Shown here: piece by piece, positions 20,070 to 30,193 of the stretch | Layout: each line of letters begins with the position of its first letter | Numbering within the stretch: the first letter of the stretch is position 1 | DNA from: Verrucomicrobiota bacterium | GTDB lineage: Bacteria > Verrucomicrobiota > Verrucomicrobiia > Limisphaerales > CANJSG01 | NCBI GenBank assembly: GCA_038209745.1 | Contig: JBBQXJ010000001.1 | Location: 1-64,000, forward strand | Length of the DNA: 64,000 nucleotides | Reading direction: 5' to 3' | Made by a program: the position numbers and the translations under genes | The notes under the pieces: generated by a model | Database searches by the model: none | What the model saw: only the letters and a program-made list of their open reading frames with translations | What the model was told of the DNA's origin: nothing

Positions 20070-21569
20070 ATGACGGCTTCCATTCAGGAATTGATGTCCC
20101 GCACGGGCGTGAAGTTCGGCACCAGCGGCGCGCGCGGTCTGGCCACGCAGCTCACCGACTTCGTGGCCTACGCCTACACCCAGGGCTTCCTCCAGCACCT
20201 GCGCGAGAGCGGCGATCTCACCAACCCCAAGAGCGAAGTGGCCGTGGGTGGTGATTTCCGGCCCAGCACCGACCGCATCATGGAAGCGGTCCTGCGCGGG
20301 GTGGAGGACCTCGGCTACACCCCGGTCAACTGCGGCAAGATCCCGTCGCCCGCGCTCGCCCTGCACGGTCTGCTGAAGGGCATTCCGGCGATCATGGTCA
20401 CGGGCAGCCACATCCCCTTCGACCGAAACGGCATCAAGTTCAACAAGTGCGCCGGCGAGGTGCTGAAGGACGACGAGGCTGGGATCACGAAGCAGATCAT
20501 CATCGTCCCCGAGACGGTCTTCACCGCCGAAGGCGCGTTCGCAAAAGCGTCCGACAAGGCGCGCCCAGTGCGGGTCTCGGCCACCGAAGACTACGTCGCG
20601 CGCTACCTGGAATTCTTCCCCAACGACTGCCTCAAGGGTCTGCGTGTCGGCGTCTACGAACACTCCGCCGTCGGTCGCGACGTGATTGCCCGCGTCCTGA
20701 GCGGGCTCGGCGCGGAGGTCACGCCGTTGGGTCGCTCCGAGACGTTCATCCCGGTGGACACGGAAGCGATCCGTCCGGAGGACGTGGAACTGGCCCGGGG
20801 CTGGGCGAAGGAGCACCTCTTCGATGCCATCGCCTCGGCCGACGGCGACAGCGACCGTCCGCTGATCAGCGACGAGCATGGCAAGTGGATCCGGGGCGAC
20901 GTGGCCGGCGTGCTCTGCGCGCGCCACCTCGGCGCGGACTCCGTGAGCACACCCGTGAGCTGCAACAGCGCCGTGGACCTCAGTGGATGGTTCGGCGAAG
21001 TGAAGCGGACGAAGATCGGATCGCCCTTCGTCGTCGCCGCGATGCTCGACGCCGCGAAGCGTCGGATGAAGTGCGTCGTCGGCTACGAAGCCAACGGCGG
21101 ATTTCTCCTCGGTTCACCGGTCGTCCGCGATGGCCGCACACTACGGGCCTTGCCCACGCGGGATGCGTTGCTGTTGATCATCAGCCTGCTGCTGCTGGCG
21201 CGGCGCGAAGGCAAGACGATGTCCCAGCTCGTGGCCACGTTGCCGCCGCGCTACACGGCCAGCGGGTTGTTGAAGGAATGTCCGGTGGAGAAGAGCCAGG
21301 CGATCCTCGCGCGCTTCACCACGGGCGACGAAGCAAAGGACAAGGCGGCCTTGGCGGCGGCGTTCGAGGGTGTGATCGGTTCGGCCGAAGTGACGGCGAT
21401 CAACCGCACCGACGGCGTCCGCGTGACCTTCGGCAACGGCGAGATCGTGCATCTGCGGCCCTCGGGCAACGCGCCGGAATTCCGCTGCTACACCGAGGCA
21501 TCGGACGAAGCGCGGGTGGAAGAGCTGAACGTCGACTGCATGAAGGTTATCGATGGGATGGGCAAGTAA
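20070..21569 (+). CDS. manB: Phosphomannomutase
   Basis: FGTSGARG, TGSH, DGDSDR, GYEANGG and RPSGNAPE motifs. Confidence 0.92.
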   Translation: MTASIQELMSRTGVKFGTSGARGLATQLTDFVAYAYTQGFLQHLRESGDLTNPKSEVAVGGDFRPSTDRIMEAVLRGVEDLGYTPVNCGKIPSPALALHGLLKGIPAIMVTGSHIPFDRNGIKFNKCAGEVLKDDEAGITKQIIIVPETVFTAEGAFAKASDKARPVRVSATEDYVARYLEFFPNDCLKGLRVGVYEHSAVGRDVIARVLSGLGAEVTPLGRSETFIPVDTEAIRPEDVELARGWAKEHLFDAIASADGDSDRPLISDEHGKWIRGDVAGVLCARHLGADSVSTPVSCNSAVDLSGWFGEVKRTKIGSPFVVAAMLDAAKRRMKCVVGYEANGGFLLGSPVVRDGRTLRALPTRDALLLIISLLLLARREGKTMSQLVATLPPRYTASGLLKECPVEKSQAILARFTTGDEAKDKAALAAAFEGVIGSAEVTAINRTDGVRVTFGNGEIVHLRPSGNAPEFRCYTEASDEARVEELNVDCMKVIDGMGK

Positions 21570-21584
21570 GGATCGAGCGAGGTT

Positions 21585-21658
21585 GTAGCCTTCGGGGTGG
21601 CGAGGCGGTGGCCGTCCGTGATTGGCCGCATGGTCCGCCTCCTTACATCGGCGGCTAG
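21585..21658. repeat. GTAG-type REP-like inverted doublet
   Basis: gtagccttcggggtggcgaggcgg versus reverse complement of the right arm ctagccgccgatgtaaggaggcgg (16/24 identical), between convergent genes. Confidence 0.6.
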
Positions 21659-21683
21659 GATCGGCACCGCTTCACTGATCCCG

Positions 21684-21941
21684 TCATTTTGATGGCCAGA
21701 GCCATCGGAAAGCCCATCGCCAAACGTGACCAATCCCTCCCATGAGAGAAGCCGCCACGCCTGTCCAGCAGATCACTGAGGCTACTTTGGCATGATGGGA
21801 GTAAAGCGACGACATTTTGGGCGTTGGATCTTGGTAGGGGATGCCGGCAAACATCGTGTCGTAGACGAAGCCTCCGACCAAAAGAAACAAACCAGTGCCC
21901 ATCAACAGGGCTGGCGATAGCCGTTTGATGGGGTTGCTCAC
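21684..21941 (-). CDS. Small two-TM hypothetical protein (FAGIPYQDPT motif)
   Basis: 85 aa. GTG start overlaps the upstream stop (GTGA). Two hydrophobic segments; lower GC than the flanks. Confidence 0.7.
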   Translation of the reverse strand: MSNPIKRLSPALLMGTGLFLLVGGFVYDTMFAGIPYQDPTPKMSSLYSHHAKVASVICWTGVAASLMGGIGHVWRWAFRWLWPSK

Positions 21942-22630
21942 TTCACCAGCGCCTTCTCCACGATCGGCTTCCACAGGTCATAGCCCTTGCGGTTCATGTG
22001 GAGCTTGTCGTCGCGGTAGATGTCGGGGTTCGGCTGGCCGTCGGCACCGAGCATGACGGAGGTGGTGTCGAGGAAGGTGTCGCGGGGGTCGTGGCTCAAC
22101 AATTCGGCGGCGGCCCGGTTGACCGTCCTGACTTTCTCGCGCTGGTCCCAACGGGAGGGATTCAGGGAGAGCGACAGATAGACGAACCGGGTCTTCGGCA
22201 GTTCGGCGTGGAGCCGGTCCACCAGAGTCTTCAGATCCGCGACGACCCGTTCGACCGACTTGCCGCTCGCGATGTCGTTCACGCCGGCGAAGACGACGAC
22301 CTGCTTCGGCCGGTATTGCAGGATAAGCCGGTCGAACAACTGGTTCACGTCGCTCAGCTCCGAGCCGCCAAAGCCGCGATTGACCACGGGATAGGAAGCA
22401 AAGTCGGTGGTGAGATCGGTCCACATCCGGATGGAGGAGCTGCCGGTGAAGACGATCGGGTGGCGCGGCGGCGGATTGGTGGCGTCGATCGCCTCGAAGT
22501 TGTGGAGTTCCTTGGCCCACTTGTTGCGCTCGGGAATGGGAGCGATCGAGATGTGAGGCGCGGCAGAGCATCCTGCCATGAGGAGGACGAGAGCTGCCAA
22601 AGCAGGGAGGGCTGAGAGCCAACATTTCAT
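21938..22630 (-). CDS. SGNH/GDSL hydrolase lipoprotein
   Basis: Lipobox MAGC; GSSS, NRGFGG, GVND and DKLH blocks. Confidence 0.92.
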   Translation of the reverse strand: MKCWLSALPALAALVLLMAGCSAAPHISIAPIPERNKWAKELHNFEAIDATNPPPRHPIVFTGSSSIRMWTDLTTDFASYPVVNRGFGGSELSDVNQLFDRLILQYRPKQVVVFAGVNDIASGKSVERVVADLKTLVDRLHAELPKTRFVYLSLSLNPSRWDQREKVRTVNRAAAELLSHDPRDTFLDTTSVMLGADGQPNPDIYRDDKLHMNRKGYDLWKPIVEKALVK

Positions 22631-22783
22631 GCGTAGAACTTGGCGAAGAAGGCGAGTTGACCCAAGAGCGAAATGGGCGCCGGACTCGGGTTGGACGAGA
22701 ATCGATCGTGACGGAAGTCGCGCGGGAAACGCCAAAGATCGATCTGCATGAATTGGGTGTCGCGAGCGATCTCCGTCTCCCGC

Positions 22784-23416
22784 TCAAGGCGCCTTCAACA
22801 ACGCGATCTCCGCCATGATGCGGTCGGCCACTTCCTGGTAGATCTGCTTGAGCCGGTCCTTGGGGCAGGTCTTCGCCTCGGCCCGCAACGCCGAGAAATC
22901 GATCGGCTTGCCGTAGACGACCGACACCCGCTTCGGTCGCGGAAACGTCAGGTGCCGACCGTAGGCCTCGAAGGTGCCGAAGACGCGAACCGGCACCACC
23001 GGCGCCTCGGTCTTGATGACCGCTAGCCCGATGCCGCTGCGCGCCGGTTGCAGCGATCCGTCGGGGGTCCGGGTGCCTTCGGGAAACAGGATGATCCCGC
23101 CGCCTGCGAGCAACCGGTCGAGGATGACCCGCAATCCGCGCGCGCCGCCGCCGTCGCGGTCGACCGGCACGGAATTCCAAGAACGGAGGATCCGGCCCAC
23201 CACCGGGAACCGGAAGAGAGATTCGCGGCCGAGATAGTTGAGGTCGCGCTTCAGAGCGGCGCCGATCAAGGGCGGATCCAGGAAGCTGGCGTGGTTCGAG
23301 GCGAGAATGACGGAGCCGGTCAGCGGCACATTCTCGGTGCCGCGCACCCGCCAATGGAAATAGGTGCTGTAGGCCAGCCGGAACAGGTTCCAAGCAATGC
23401 GGTAGCTGGGGTTCAT
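22784..23416 (-). CDS. plsC: 1-acyl-sn-glycerol-3-phosphate acyltransferase
   Basis: NHASFLD (HX4D) and FPEGTR motifs; ATGA overlap with cmk. Confidence 0.9.
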   Translation of the reverse strand: MNPSYRIAWNLFRLAYSTYFHWRVRGTENVPLTGSVILASNHASFLDPPLIGAALKRDLNYLGRESLFRFPVVGRILRSWNSVPVDRDGGGARGLRVILDRLLAGGGIILFPEGTRTPDGSLQPARSGIGLAVIKTEAPVVPVRVFGTFEAYGRHLTFPRPKRVSVVYGKPIDFSALRAEAKTCPKDRLKQIYQEVADRIMAEIALLKAP

Positions 23417-24066
23417 CGCGGCTTGTCGGCCTCCTGTTGCCGCCGTTTCACCTCGGCGACGATCAAGCGGGTCGTCTGTTCCGGCGTTTGTCCGGTGGTC
23501 TCGATGAACATCGCGCCCAGTCCCGGCATCAGCGGCGCGGCGGCGCGTTGGCTGTCGCGGCGGTCGCGTTGGGCCAGATCGTCCGTCACACCCTCGGCTG
23601 CGCGCCGGCGGGTCCGTTCTGCGCGCGAGGCGTCGATGAAGAACTTGTAGTCCGTCTCCGGGAACACGTTGGTGCCGATGTCGCGGCCTTCCATCACGAG
23701 GTCGCCGAACCGCACGCACTCCTGCTGCGTCGTCCGCATCCAGTCGCGCACCTTCGGCACGGCGGCCACCTTCGACGCGGCCGCGGTGACTTCGGTGGTG
23801 CGCATCTCCTTCTCCGGGTAATAGCCGTTCACCAGCAGGAGCACCTGGTCGTCCTGGTCGACCAGGCGGGGCTTCCACTTTTTCAAGGCGGATGAAATGG
23901 ACCGTGGTTTTTCCAGATCCACCCCGTTCGTGAGACAGAACCAGGCGAAGGCCCGGTACATCGCCCCGGTGTCCACATAGGAGAAGCCCAGCTCGGCGGC
24001 CACGCGGCGCGCGTTCGTGCTCTTGCCACTGGCGCTGGGGCCGTCGATGGCGATGACGATGGGCAT
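23413..24066 (-). CDS. cmk: Cytidylate kinase, copy 1
   Basis: IAIDGPSASGKST, DTGAMYR, MEGRDIGT and RDRRD motifs. Confidence 0.92.
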   Translation of the reverse strand: MPIVIAIDGPSASGKSTNARRVAAELGFSYVDTGAMYRAFAWFCLTNGVDLEKPRSISSALKKWKPRLVDQDDQVLLLVNGYYPEKEMRTTEVTAAASKVAAVPKVRDWMRTTQQECVRFGDLVMEGRDIGTNVFPETDYKFFIDASRAERTRRRAAEGVTDDLAQRDRRDSQRAAAPLMPGLGAMFIETTGQTPEQTTRLIVAEVKRRQQEADKPR

Positions 24067-24080
24067 GCCGGAACGCGCGC

Positions 24081-24728
24081 TCACAGGCCGAACTGCAGGC
24101 GCTTGTAGTCGATGTGCGCCTTCATGAAGGCGATGGTCACGTCGGGGTGGTCGTGGGTGTTGTCCACGACCACGGCACCGAAGGCGGGCATCAGCGGCGA
24201 GCTCTTGCGCTGCATGTCGCGGGCGTCGCGGTCCTTCATGTTGGCCACTTCCCCCTTTCTCAGGCTGCGTTTCTCGCGCAGGGCTTCGTCGGCGGTGAGG
24301 AAGAATTTGAACGGCGTTTCGGGGAAAACGACGGTGCAGATGTCGCGTCCGTCCACCACCAGGCTGCCGAAGCGGATGCACTCGCGCTGCTTCCGGATCA
24401 TCCAGATGCGGACCGCCGGCATGGGGGAAATCTTGGCCACGTTCTCCGAAACCTCCGGGCCACGGATCTCCGCCTCGGGAAATTCGTCGCCCACCGTCAA
24501 TCGGATCTCATGGTCCAGCGCCTTGAGCTCGGCGTTCCAGTTCAGGCAGACCTTGAGAACGGCCTCGGGCTTCTCCGTGTTCACCTTGTGCTTCAGGCAA
24601 TACCACGTGAGCAGGCGATACATCGCGCCCGTGTCCATGTGGTAGAAGCCGTAGTGCCGGGCGAGTTCCAGCGAGACGGTGCCTTTGCCGCTTTTGCTGG
24701 GGCCATCGATGGCGACCACCATCGGCAT
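24081..24728 (-). CDS. cmk: Cytidylate kinase, copy 2
   Basis: VAIDGPSKSGKGT, DTGAMYR, VDGRDICT and RDARD motifs. Alternative GTG start near 24758. Confidence 0.9.
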   Translation of the reverse strand: MPMVVAIDGPSKSGKGTVSLELARHYGFYHMDTGAMYRLLTWYCLKHKVNTEKPEAVLKVCLNWNAELKALDHEIRLTVGDEFPEAEIRGPEVSENVAKISPMPAVRIWMIRKQRECIRFGSLVVDGRDICTVVFPETPFKFFLTADEALREKRSLRKGEVANMKDRDARDMQRKSSPLMPAFGAVVVDNTHDHPDVTIAFMKAHIDYKRLQFGL

Positions 24729-24837
24729 GGTCGGAGGTGTTGGCTTGGAGTTCGGCACGGGGCGGAGGGTTGAGGAAGGAACGGGAAATTTCAATGCGGC
24801 GAATGAACGTTTCCGATCCCAACCAAGACCCCCCGGG

Positions 24838-25065
24838 ACGGAGCGCGGCGTGATCGGTCTGCCACGCGGCGTATTCGATTTACGCCAAGATGTCCTCGTT
24901 CTCGAGGAACGGGTTGTCGCGCAGGATCTCCTCATGGGAAGCGCCGGCGCTCAAGAGTTCCAGCACATCCGTCACCCGCAGGCGCTTCCCGCGGATGCAG
25001 GGACCGCCCCCGCATTTGCCCGGTTCGACCATGATTCGGCCGAGGCGTTCGGAACTGATGTCCAA
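24838..25065 (-). pseudogene. DUF433 (antitoxin-like) gene with a premature TAA
   Basis: PGKCGGGPCIRGKRLRV...EDILA*IEYAAWQTDHAALR. Family-like C-terminal helix continues in frame after the stop at 24880-24882. Confidence 0.65.
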
Positions 25066-25108
25066 GGACTACCGTCGCGGATGCGGGCGCCAAGTCGGCC
25101 GATTCAAC

Positions 25109-26974
25109 CTATTCCACCGTCACGCTTTTGGCGAGGTTGCGGGGCTTGTCGACGTCGCAGCCGCGGGCGACGGCGATGTGGTAGGCCAGGAGCTGGAGCG
25201 GAACCACTCCGAGGAGCGGAAAGACGAGGTCCATCGTCCTGGGCACGTGGAGGACGTCTCCGGCGAGGCGGGCGATGTCGATGTCGCCTTCGGTGGCGAT
25301 GGCGATGACGGGGGCTTGACGCGCGCGGACGACCTCGATGTTGCTGGTCATCTTGTCGTAGATGGCGTCTTGCGGCACAAGGACCACGGCGGGCGTGGCG
25401 GCGTCGATCAACGCGATGGGGCCGTGCTTCATCTCGGCCGCCGGGTAGCCTTCGGCGTGGATGTAGGAGATCTCCTTCAGCTTGAGCGCGCCTTCCAGGC
25501 CGACGGGGAAGTTGATCAGGCGCCCGAGGAAGAAGAAGTCTTCGGCCGCCGCGTGTTTCAGGGCGACGGCGCGGATGGCTTCGTTCCCGGCGAGGATCTG
25601 CTCGATCTGCCCGGGCACGGCGTCGAGGGCGCGCAGCAGCTTCAGCGCTTCGGTGGAGGCAAGCATCCGGAGCCGGCCGAGGTAGATGGCCAGCAGGGTC
25701 AACACGGTGACCTGCGAGGTGAAGGCCTTGGTGGAAGCGACGCCGATCTCGGGACCGGCGTGGAGGTAGATGCCGCCATCGGCCTCGCGGGCGATGGTGC
25801 TGCCGACGACGTTGCAGAGCGCGAGGACCTTGTGGCCGCGACGTTTCGCCTCGCGCAGCGCGGCGAGGGTGTCGGCGGTTTCACCGGACTGGGTGATGAC
25901 GAGGACGAGGGTGTTCTTGTCGAGCGGCGCGTTGCGGTAGCGGAACTCGCTGGCGTATTCGACCTCCACCGGGATGTGGGCGAGCTGCTCGATCAGGTGT
26001 TCTCCGACCAGGCCGGCGTGCCAGCTGGTGCCGCAGGCGGCGATGACGATCCGGTCGACGGCCCGGAGCTCGGCCGGGGTCATGTTGAGCCCGCCGAACT
26101 TCGCCGTGGCCTCCTCGTAGTCGATGCGGCCGCGAAGGGCGTTGGCGACGGTGGCGGGCTGCTCGAAGATCTCCTTCAGCATGTAGTGTGCGAACTCCCC
26201 GCGCTCCGTCGCCTCCGGACTGAACTCGATCTGGCTGATCTCCAGACGGGCGGTCCTGGTCCCCAGGTTCGACACCTCGAACCCGCCGGCGCGAATGGTC
26301 GCGACGTCGTGGTCGTTCAGGTAGACGACGCGCCGCGTGTGGCTGACGAGCGCGCCCACGTCGGAGGCCAGGAAGTGCTCCCCCTCGCCGATGCCGACGA
26401 CGAGCGGCGAGCCCCGGCGGGCGGCCACGATCAGGCCCGGTTCGTCCGCGCAGACCACGGCCAGTCCGTAGGTGCCGTTCAGTTCGCGCAGGGTCGCCAC
26501 GACGGCGCGTTCCAAGACCGACCCGGGGGCGGTTTCGGCGGAAGCCGCCCTCAATTTCGCAAAGTGCTCCCCGACGAGACGAGCGATCACCTCCGTGTCC
26601 GTGGCGGATTGGAAGGCGTGGCCCGTGGCGACCAGCCGCCGGCGGAGCCGCTCGCAGTTCTCGATCACCCCGTTGTGGACCACGGCGATGCGGCCGGACG
26701 CGTCGAGGTGCGGATGGGAGTTCTCGTCGGAGGGCGGTCCGTGGGTGGCCCAGCGGGTATGGCCGATGCCCAGAAAGCCCGGTGCCGGCTCCTGTTCGAG
26801 CAACGGCGCGAGACCCTCGTCGATCTTGCCCTTGCGCTTCCGCACCAGCAGATCGGCGTCCTTCAGGATGGCCATGCCGGCGCTGTCATACCCGCGATAC
26901 TCGAGCCGCCGCAGGCCCTCCAGAAGGATGGGCGCCGCGGCCTTTTCGCCGACATATCCAATGATTCCGCACAT
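25109..26974 (-). CDS. glmS: Glutamine--fructose-6-phosphate aminotransferase
   Basis: MCGIIG, GHTRWATHG, QSGETADT and C-terminal PRNLAKSVTVE. Confidence 0.98.
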   Translation of the reverse strand: MCGIIGYVGEKAAAPILLEGLRRLEYRGYDSAGMAILKDADLLVRKRKGKIDEGLAPLLEQEPAPGFLGIGHTRWATHGPPSDENSHPHLDASGRIAVVHNGVIENCERLRRRLVATGHAFQSATDTEVIARLVGEHFAKLRAASAETAPGSVLERAVVATLRELNGTYGLAVVCADEPGLIVAARRGSPLVVGIGEGEHFLASDVGALVSHTRRVVYLNDHDVATIRAGGFEVSNLGTRTARLEISQIEFSPEATERGEFAHYMLKEIFEQPATVANALRGRIDYEEATAKFGGLNMTPAELRAVDRIVIAACGTSWHAGLVGEHLIEQLAHIPVEVEYASEFRYRNAPLDKNTLVLVITQSGETADTLAALREAKRRGHKVLALCNVVGSTIAREADGGIYLHAGPEIGVASTKAFTSQVTVLTLLAIYLGRLRMLASTEALKLLRALDAVPGQIEQILAGNEAIRAVALKHAAAEDFFFLGRLINFPVGLEGALKLKEISYIHAEGYPAAEMKHGPIALIDAATPAVVLVPQDAIYDKMTSNIEVVRARQAPVIAIATEGDIDIARLAGDVLHVPRTMDLVFPLLGVVPLQLLAYHIAVARGCDVDKPRNLAKSVTVE

Positions 26975-27059
26975 GGTGAAAAGAGAGAGCGGCGCAAACT
27001 ACCTTGCCGGTCCACCCGCTCGCAAGGTATAGAGAGGCAGCCAAAAACACACCTTCCCT

Positions 27060-28367
27060 ATGGATTCCACGCGCCCACCCGACCCGACCAGCAACAACGT
27101 CCTCGCCATCATCATGGGTGGTGGCCAGGGCACGCGGCTGTTTCCCCTGACCCGTGACCGCTCGAAGCCGGCCGTGCCGCTCGCGGGCAAATACCGCCTG
27201 GTGGACATCCCCATTTCCAACTGCATCAACTCGGGGCTGAAGCGAGTCTACCTGCTCACCCAGTTCAACTCGGCCTCCCTGCACCGGCACATTTCGCAGT
27301 CCTACAAGTTCGACCACTTCTCCGGCGGCTTTGTGGAGATCCTCGCGGCCGAGCAGACCTTCCAGACCACCACATGGTATGAGGGCACGGCCGACGCGGT
27401 GCGGAAGAACCTCCTGCACTTCCTCAACAACGACTTCAAATACGCGCTCATCCTCAGCGGCGACCAGCTCTACCGGATGGACTACCGGAAGATCCTGAGC
27501 CAGCACATCGAGAGCTCCGCCGACATCACGGTGGCCACCATCCCGGTCCCGCGCAAAGAGGCGACCTCGCTCGGCATTCTCCAGACCGACACCGAACGCC
27601 GCATCGTCCGCTTCGAGGAGAAACCGAAGGATCCCGCCGTGCTGGACTCCCTCCAAGTGCCGCGCGACCTCTACCCCAAGTTCAACATAAAGGGCGACGA
27701 GGACTTCTTCCTCGCCTCGATGGGAATCTACGTCTTCAACCGCGAGTCGCTGGTGAAGCTGTTGGACAATGCGCAGACCGATTTCGGCAAGCACATCATC
27801 CCCGCCGCCATCAACACGCACCGGGTCTTCTCCTACATCTACCAGGGCTACTGGGAGGACATCGGCACGATCCGGTCGTTCTTCGACTCGAACCTCGACC
27901 TTGTGGCCGAACTGCCCCGGTTCAACTTCTTCGACATGTCGGCGCCGATCTTCACCCGGCCCCGGTTCCTGCCCGCCTCGAAGATCAACGGCGGCGCCAT
28001 CAACCACGCGATCATCTCGGACGGCTGCATCATCAACCGCGCCCGCATCGAGAACAGCGTCGTCGGCATCCGCAGCATGGTGGAAGAAGGCGCGACGTTG
28101 AACCGCGTCATCCTCATGGGTTCCGACTATTACGAATCCAGCCAATCGGTCGCCCAGCACGATGCCCAGGGCATTCCCCGCATCGGCATCGGCGCCCACA
28201 CCAAGATCGAGGAGGCCATCGTGGACAAGAACGCCCGGATCGGCAGCCACTGCGTGATCACGCCCCACGGCAAACCGGACAACGTCGACCATCCTCTCTA
28301 TTTCATCCGCGAGGGAGTGGTCGTCATCCCCAAGAACGCGGTCATCCCGAACGGGACGGTCATCTAG
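27060..28367 (+). CDS. glgC: Glucose-1-phosphate adenylyltransferase
   Basis: GGGQGTRLFPLT..RSKPAVP, GTADAV, SGDQLYRMDY, FEEKP and YWEDIGT. Confidence 0.97.
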   Translation: MDSTRPPDPTSNNVLAIIMGGGQGTRLFPLTRDRSKPAVPLAGKYRLVDIPISNCINSGLKRVYLLTQFNSASLHRHISQSYKFDHFSGGFVEILAAEQTFQTTTWYEGTADAVRKNLLHFLNNDFKYALILSGDQLYRMDYRKILSQHIESSADITVATIPVPRKEATSLGILQTDTERRIVRFEEKPKDPAVLDSLQVPRDLYPKFNIKGDEDFFLASMGIYVFNRESLVKLLDNAQTDFGKHIIPAAINTHRVFSYIYQGYWEDIGTIRSFFDSNLDLVAELPRFNFFDMSAPIFTRPRFLPASKINGGAINHAIISDGCIINRARIENSVVGIRSMVEEGATLNRVILMGSDYYESSQSVAQHDAQGIPRIGIGAHTKIEEAIVDKNARIGSHCVITPHGKPDNVDHPLYFIREGVVVIPKNAVIPNGTVI

Positions 28368-29913
28368 TCGGTCGCTCCAACTGCCGAGCCGGCCGGACGC
28401 CGGTCGGCTCCGAGGCGTTTCGCGCCCTCCCATCGGCCCAGCGCCGCAGCTCCGCGAGCGGTTCGTCCATCGTCCGGGCCAAGGGCACCGTCTCGCGGAT
28501 GGCCTTGATCAAGTGGGCCGTTTCCAGATCCGCTCCCGCATGGAAGGCGTCATAAAGCGCACTGTTGATGACTTCTTCGATTTCGGCGCCGCTGAAATCT
28601 CCCGACCCTTCCGCCAAGACCTCCAGATCGAAGGTTCCAGGGTCGCGACTGCGGCGCGCAAGGTGGATGCCGAAGATCTCCGCCCGTTCCTCGAGTCCCG
28701 GGAGATCGAAGAAGAAGATCTCGTCCAGTCGCCCTTTGCGCAGCAGCTCGGGCGGCAGGTGGGAAATGTCGTTGGCCGTGGCGACGACGAAGACCGGCGC
28801 CGTCTTCTCCGACAACCAAGTGAGAAACGTCCCGAAGACCCGTGCGGTCGTCCCGCCGTCCGAAGCGCCGCCGCCCTGCGATCCGGCGAACGCCTTGTCG
28901 ATCTCGTCCACCCAGAGAATCGCGGGGGCGACGGACTCGGCCACGCTGATGGCGCGGCGGACGTTTTCCTCCGAGGAGCCGACGAAGCTCCCGAACATCC
29001 GGCCCATGTCGAACCGGAGCAGCGGCATCTGCCACAACCCAGCGACGGCCTTCGCGCAAAGGCTCTTGCCGCAGCCTTGGACCCCCAACAGCAGCACGCC
29101 TCTCGGCGCCGGCAGGCCAAACGCCTTCGCCTCCGCCGTGAAAGCAAGCGACCGCTTGTTCAGCCAGTCCTTCAATACGCCCATGCCACCGACGCCGCCG
29201 AACGTTTCGTCCGTCGTGCAATACTCCAATAGACCGCTCTTGCGGATGATCTGCTGCTTCTCGGCGAAGACCTCGCCCACATCGTCCGCGCCGAGCCGGC
29301 GATCCTTGACGATGATCTTGGCGAAGACGTTCTCCGCCTCGCCCAGAGTCAATCCGAGCGCCGCCTGTAGCAGCCGGTCGCGGCCCGCGCCGTCCAACAA
29401 GACATCGACCTCCTTCACCTGCTGGAGTTCTTCGAGGATCCGATCGAGCAGACCCGACAGCTCGTCCTTCGTCGGCAGAGGCAGGTTGAGCACCGTGATT
29501 TCCTTCTCCAGCTCGGGAGGGATTTCCATCAACGGCGACACCAGTACCACCGTCTTGAAGCTGTTCTTCAGATGGAGCGCGATGTCCTTGAGACGGCGGA
29601 TGACAGACGCGTTGCCCTTGGCCAGATAGGGGTGGAAATCCTTGAAGAGGAAGAGGGCCGGCTCGACCTGTTCGATCACCTGGTCGAGGGCGGCGATGGG
29701 ATCCTTGGTCGCGGCGTTCCGGTGCTGGTGCGACTGGATGGAGGTGCCGGCCGGCACGAGCCCCATGCTGCAGGTCCACTCGAAGACCTTCTTCTGCCGC
29801 CTTGAGCCGATCTCCAGCACGATTTCCTGCACGCGCATCTCCTCGCCCGAGACGACGTAAAGGATCGGGTAGCGGGCGCGGATCAAGGTTTCGAGTTCGT
29901 CGGCAAATGGCAT
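28360..29913 (-). CDS. AAA+ ATPase, Ycf46-like
   Basis: N-terminal LIRARYP, Walker A GVQGCGKS, Walker B LWVDE and [15 protein letters not shown]. The 3' end overlaps glgC by 8 nt. Confidence 0.9.
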   Translation of the reverse strand: MPFADELETLIRARYPILYVVSGEEMRVQEIVLEIGSRRQKKVFEWTCSMGLVPAGTSIQSHQHRNAATKDPIAALDQVIEQVEPALFLFKDFHPYLAKGNASVIRRLKDIALHLKNSFKTVVLVSPLMEIPPELEKEITVLNLPLPTKDELSGLLDRILEELQQVKEVDVLLDGAGRDRLLQAALGLTLGEAENVFAKIIVKDRRLGADDVGEVFAEKQQIIRKSGLLEYCTTDETFGGVGGMGVLKDWLNKRSLAFTAEAKAFGLPAPRGVLLLGVQGCGKSLCAKAVAGLWQMPLLRFDMGRMFGSFVGSSEENVRRAISVAESVAPAILWVDEIDKAFAGSQGGGASDGGTTARVFGTFLTWLSEKTAPVFVVATANDISHLPPELLRKGRLDEIFFFDLPGLEERAEIFGIHLARRSRDPGTFDLEVLAEGSGDFSGAEIEEVINSALYDAFHAGADLETAHLIKAIRETVPLARTMDEPLAELRRWADGRARNASEPTGVRPARQLERPTR

Positions 29914-29962
29914 GGGGAATCGGGCGTTGGCGATCAAACGGGAGGCATCGGAAAACCCGCGG

Positions 29963-30193
29963 CTACGATTCGCGTCGAAAGATCCGCTTCCACCACGGCC
30001 GGGGCGGCGCCCCGCCCTGCAACGAGCGGCCGAGCCGGGCCGCCACCTCGGCCGGCGGATGGATCTGCGCCGCGTCATGGCGCAGAAGTTCCTCGGGCGT
30101 GCCGAACTCCCGCGCGGCGTCCGCGCGGAGCGCCTCATGGTGATCCGGTCCGGTGTGTTGCTGTTGGCGATGGTCGAGCTTGTTCGGGTTCAT
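29963..30193 (-). CDS. 76-aa hypothetical protein coupled to the ECF sigma gene
   Basis: ATGA overlap at 30190-30193; C-terminal PWWKRIF. Confidence 0.7.
   Translation of the reverse strand: MNPNKLDHRQQQHTGPDHHEALRADAAREFGTPEELLRHDAAQIHPPAEVAARLGRSLQGGAPPRPWWKRIFRRES

Noticed and set aside
26975..27059. Possible glmS ribozyme upstream of glmS
   Set aside because: The intergenic space is only 85 nt, is shared with divergent glgC, and shows no recognisable core.
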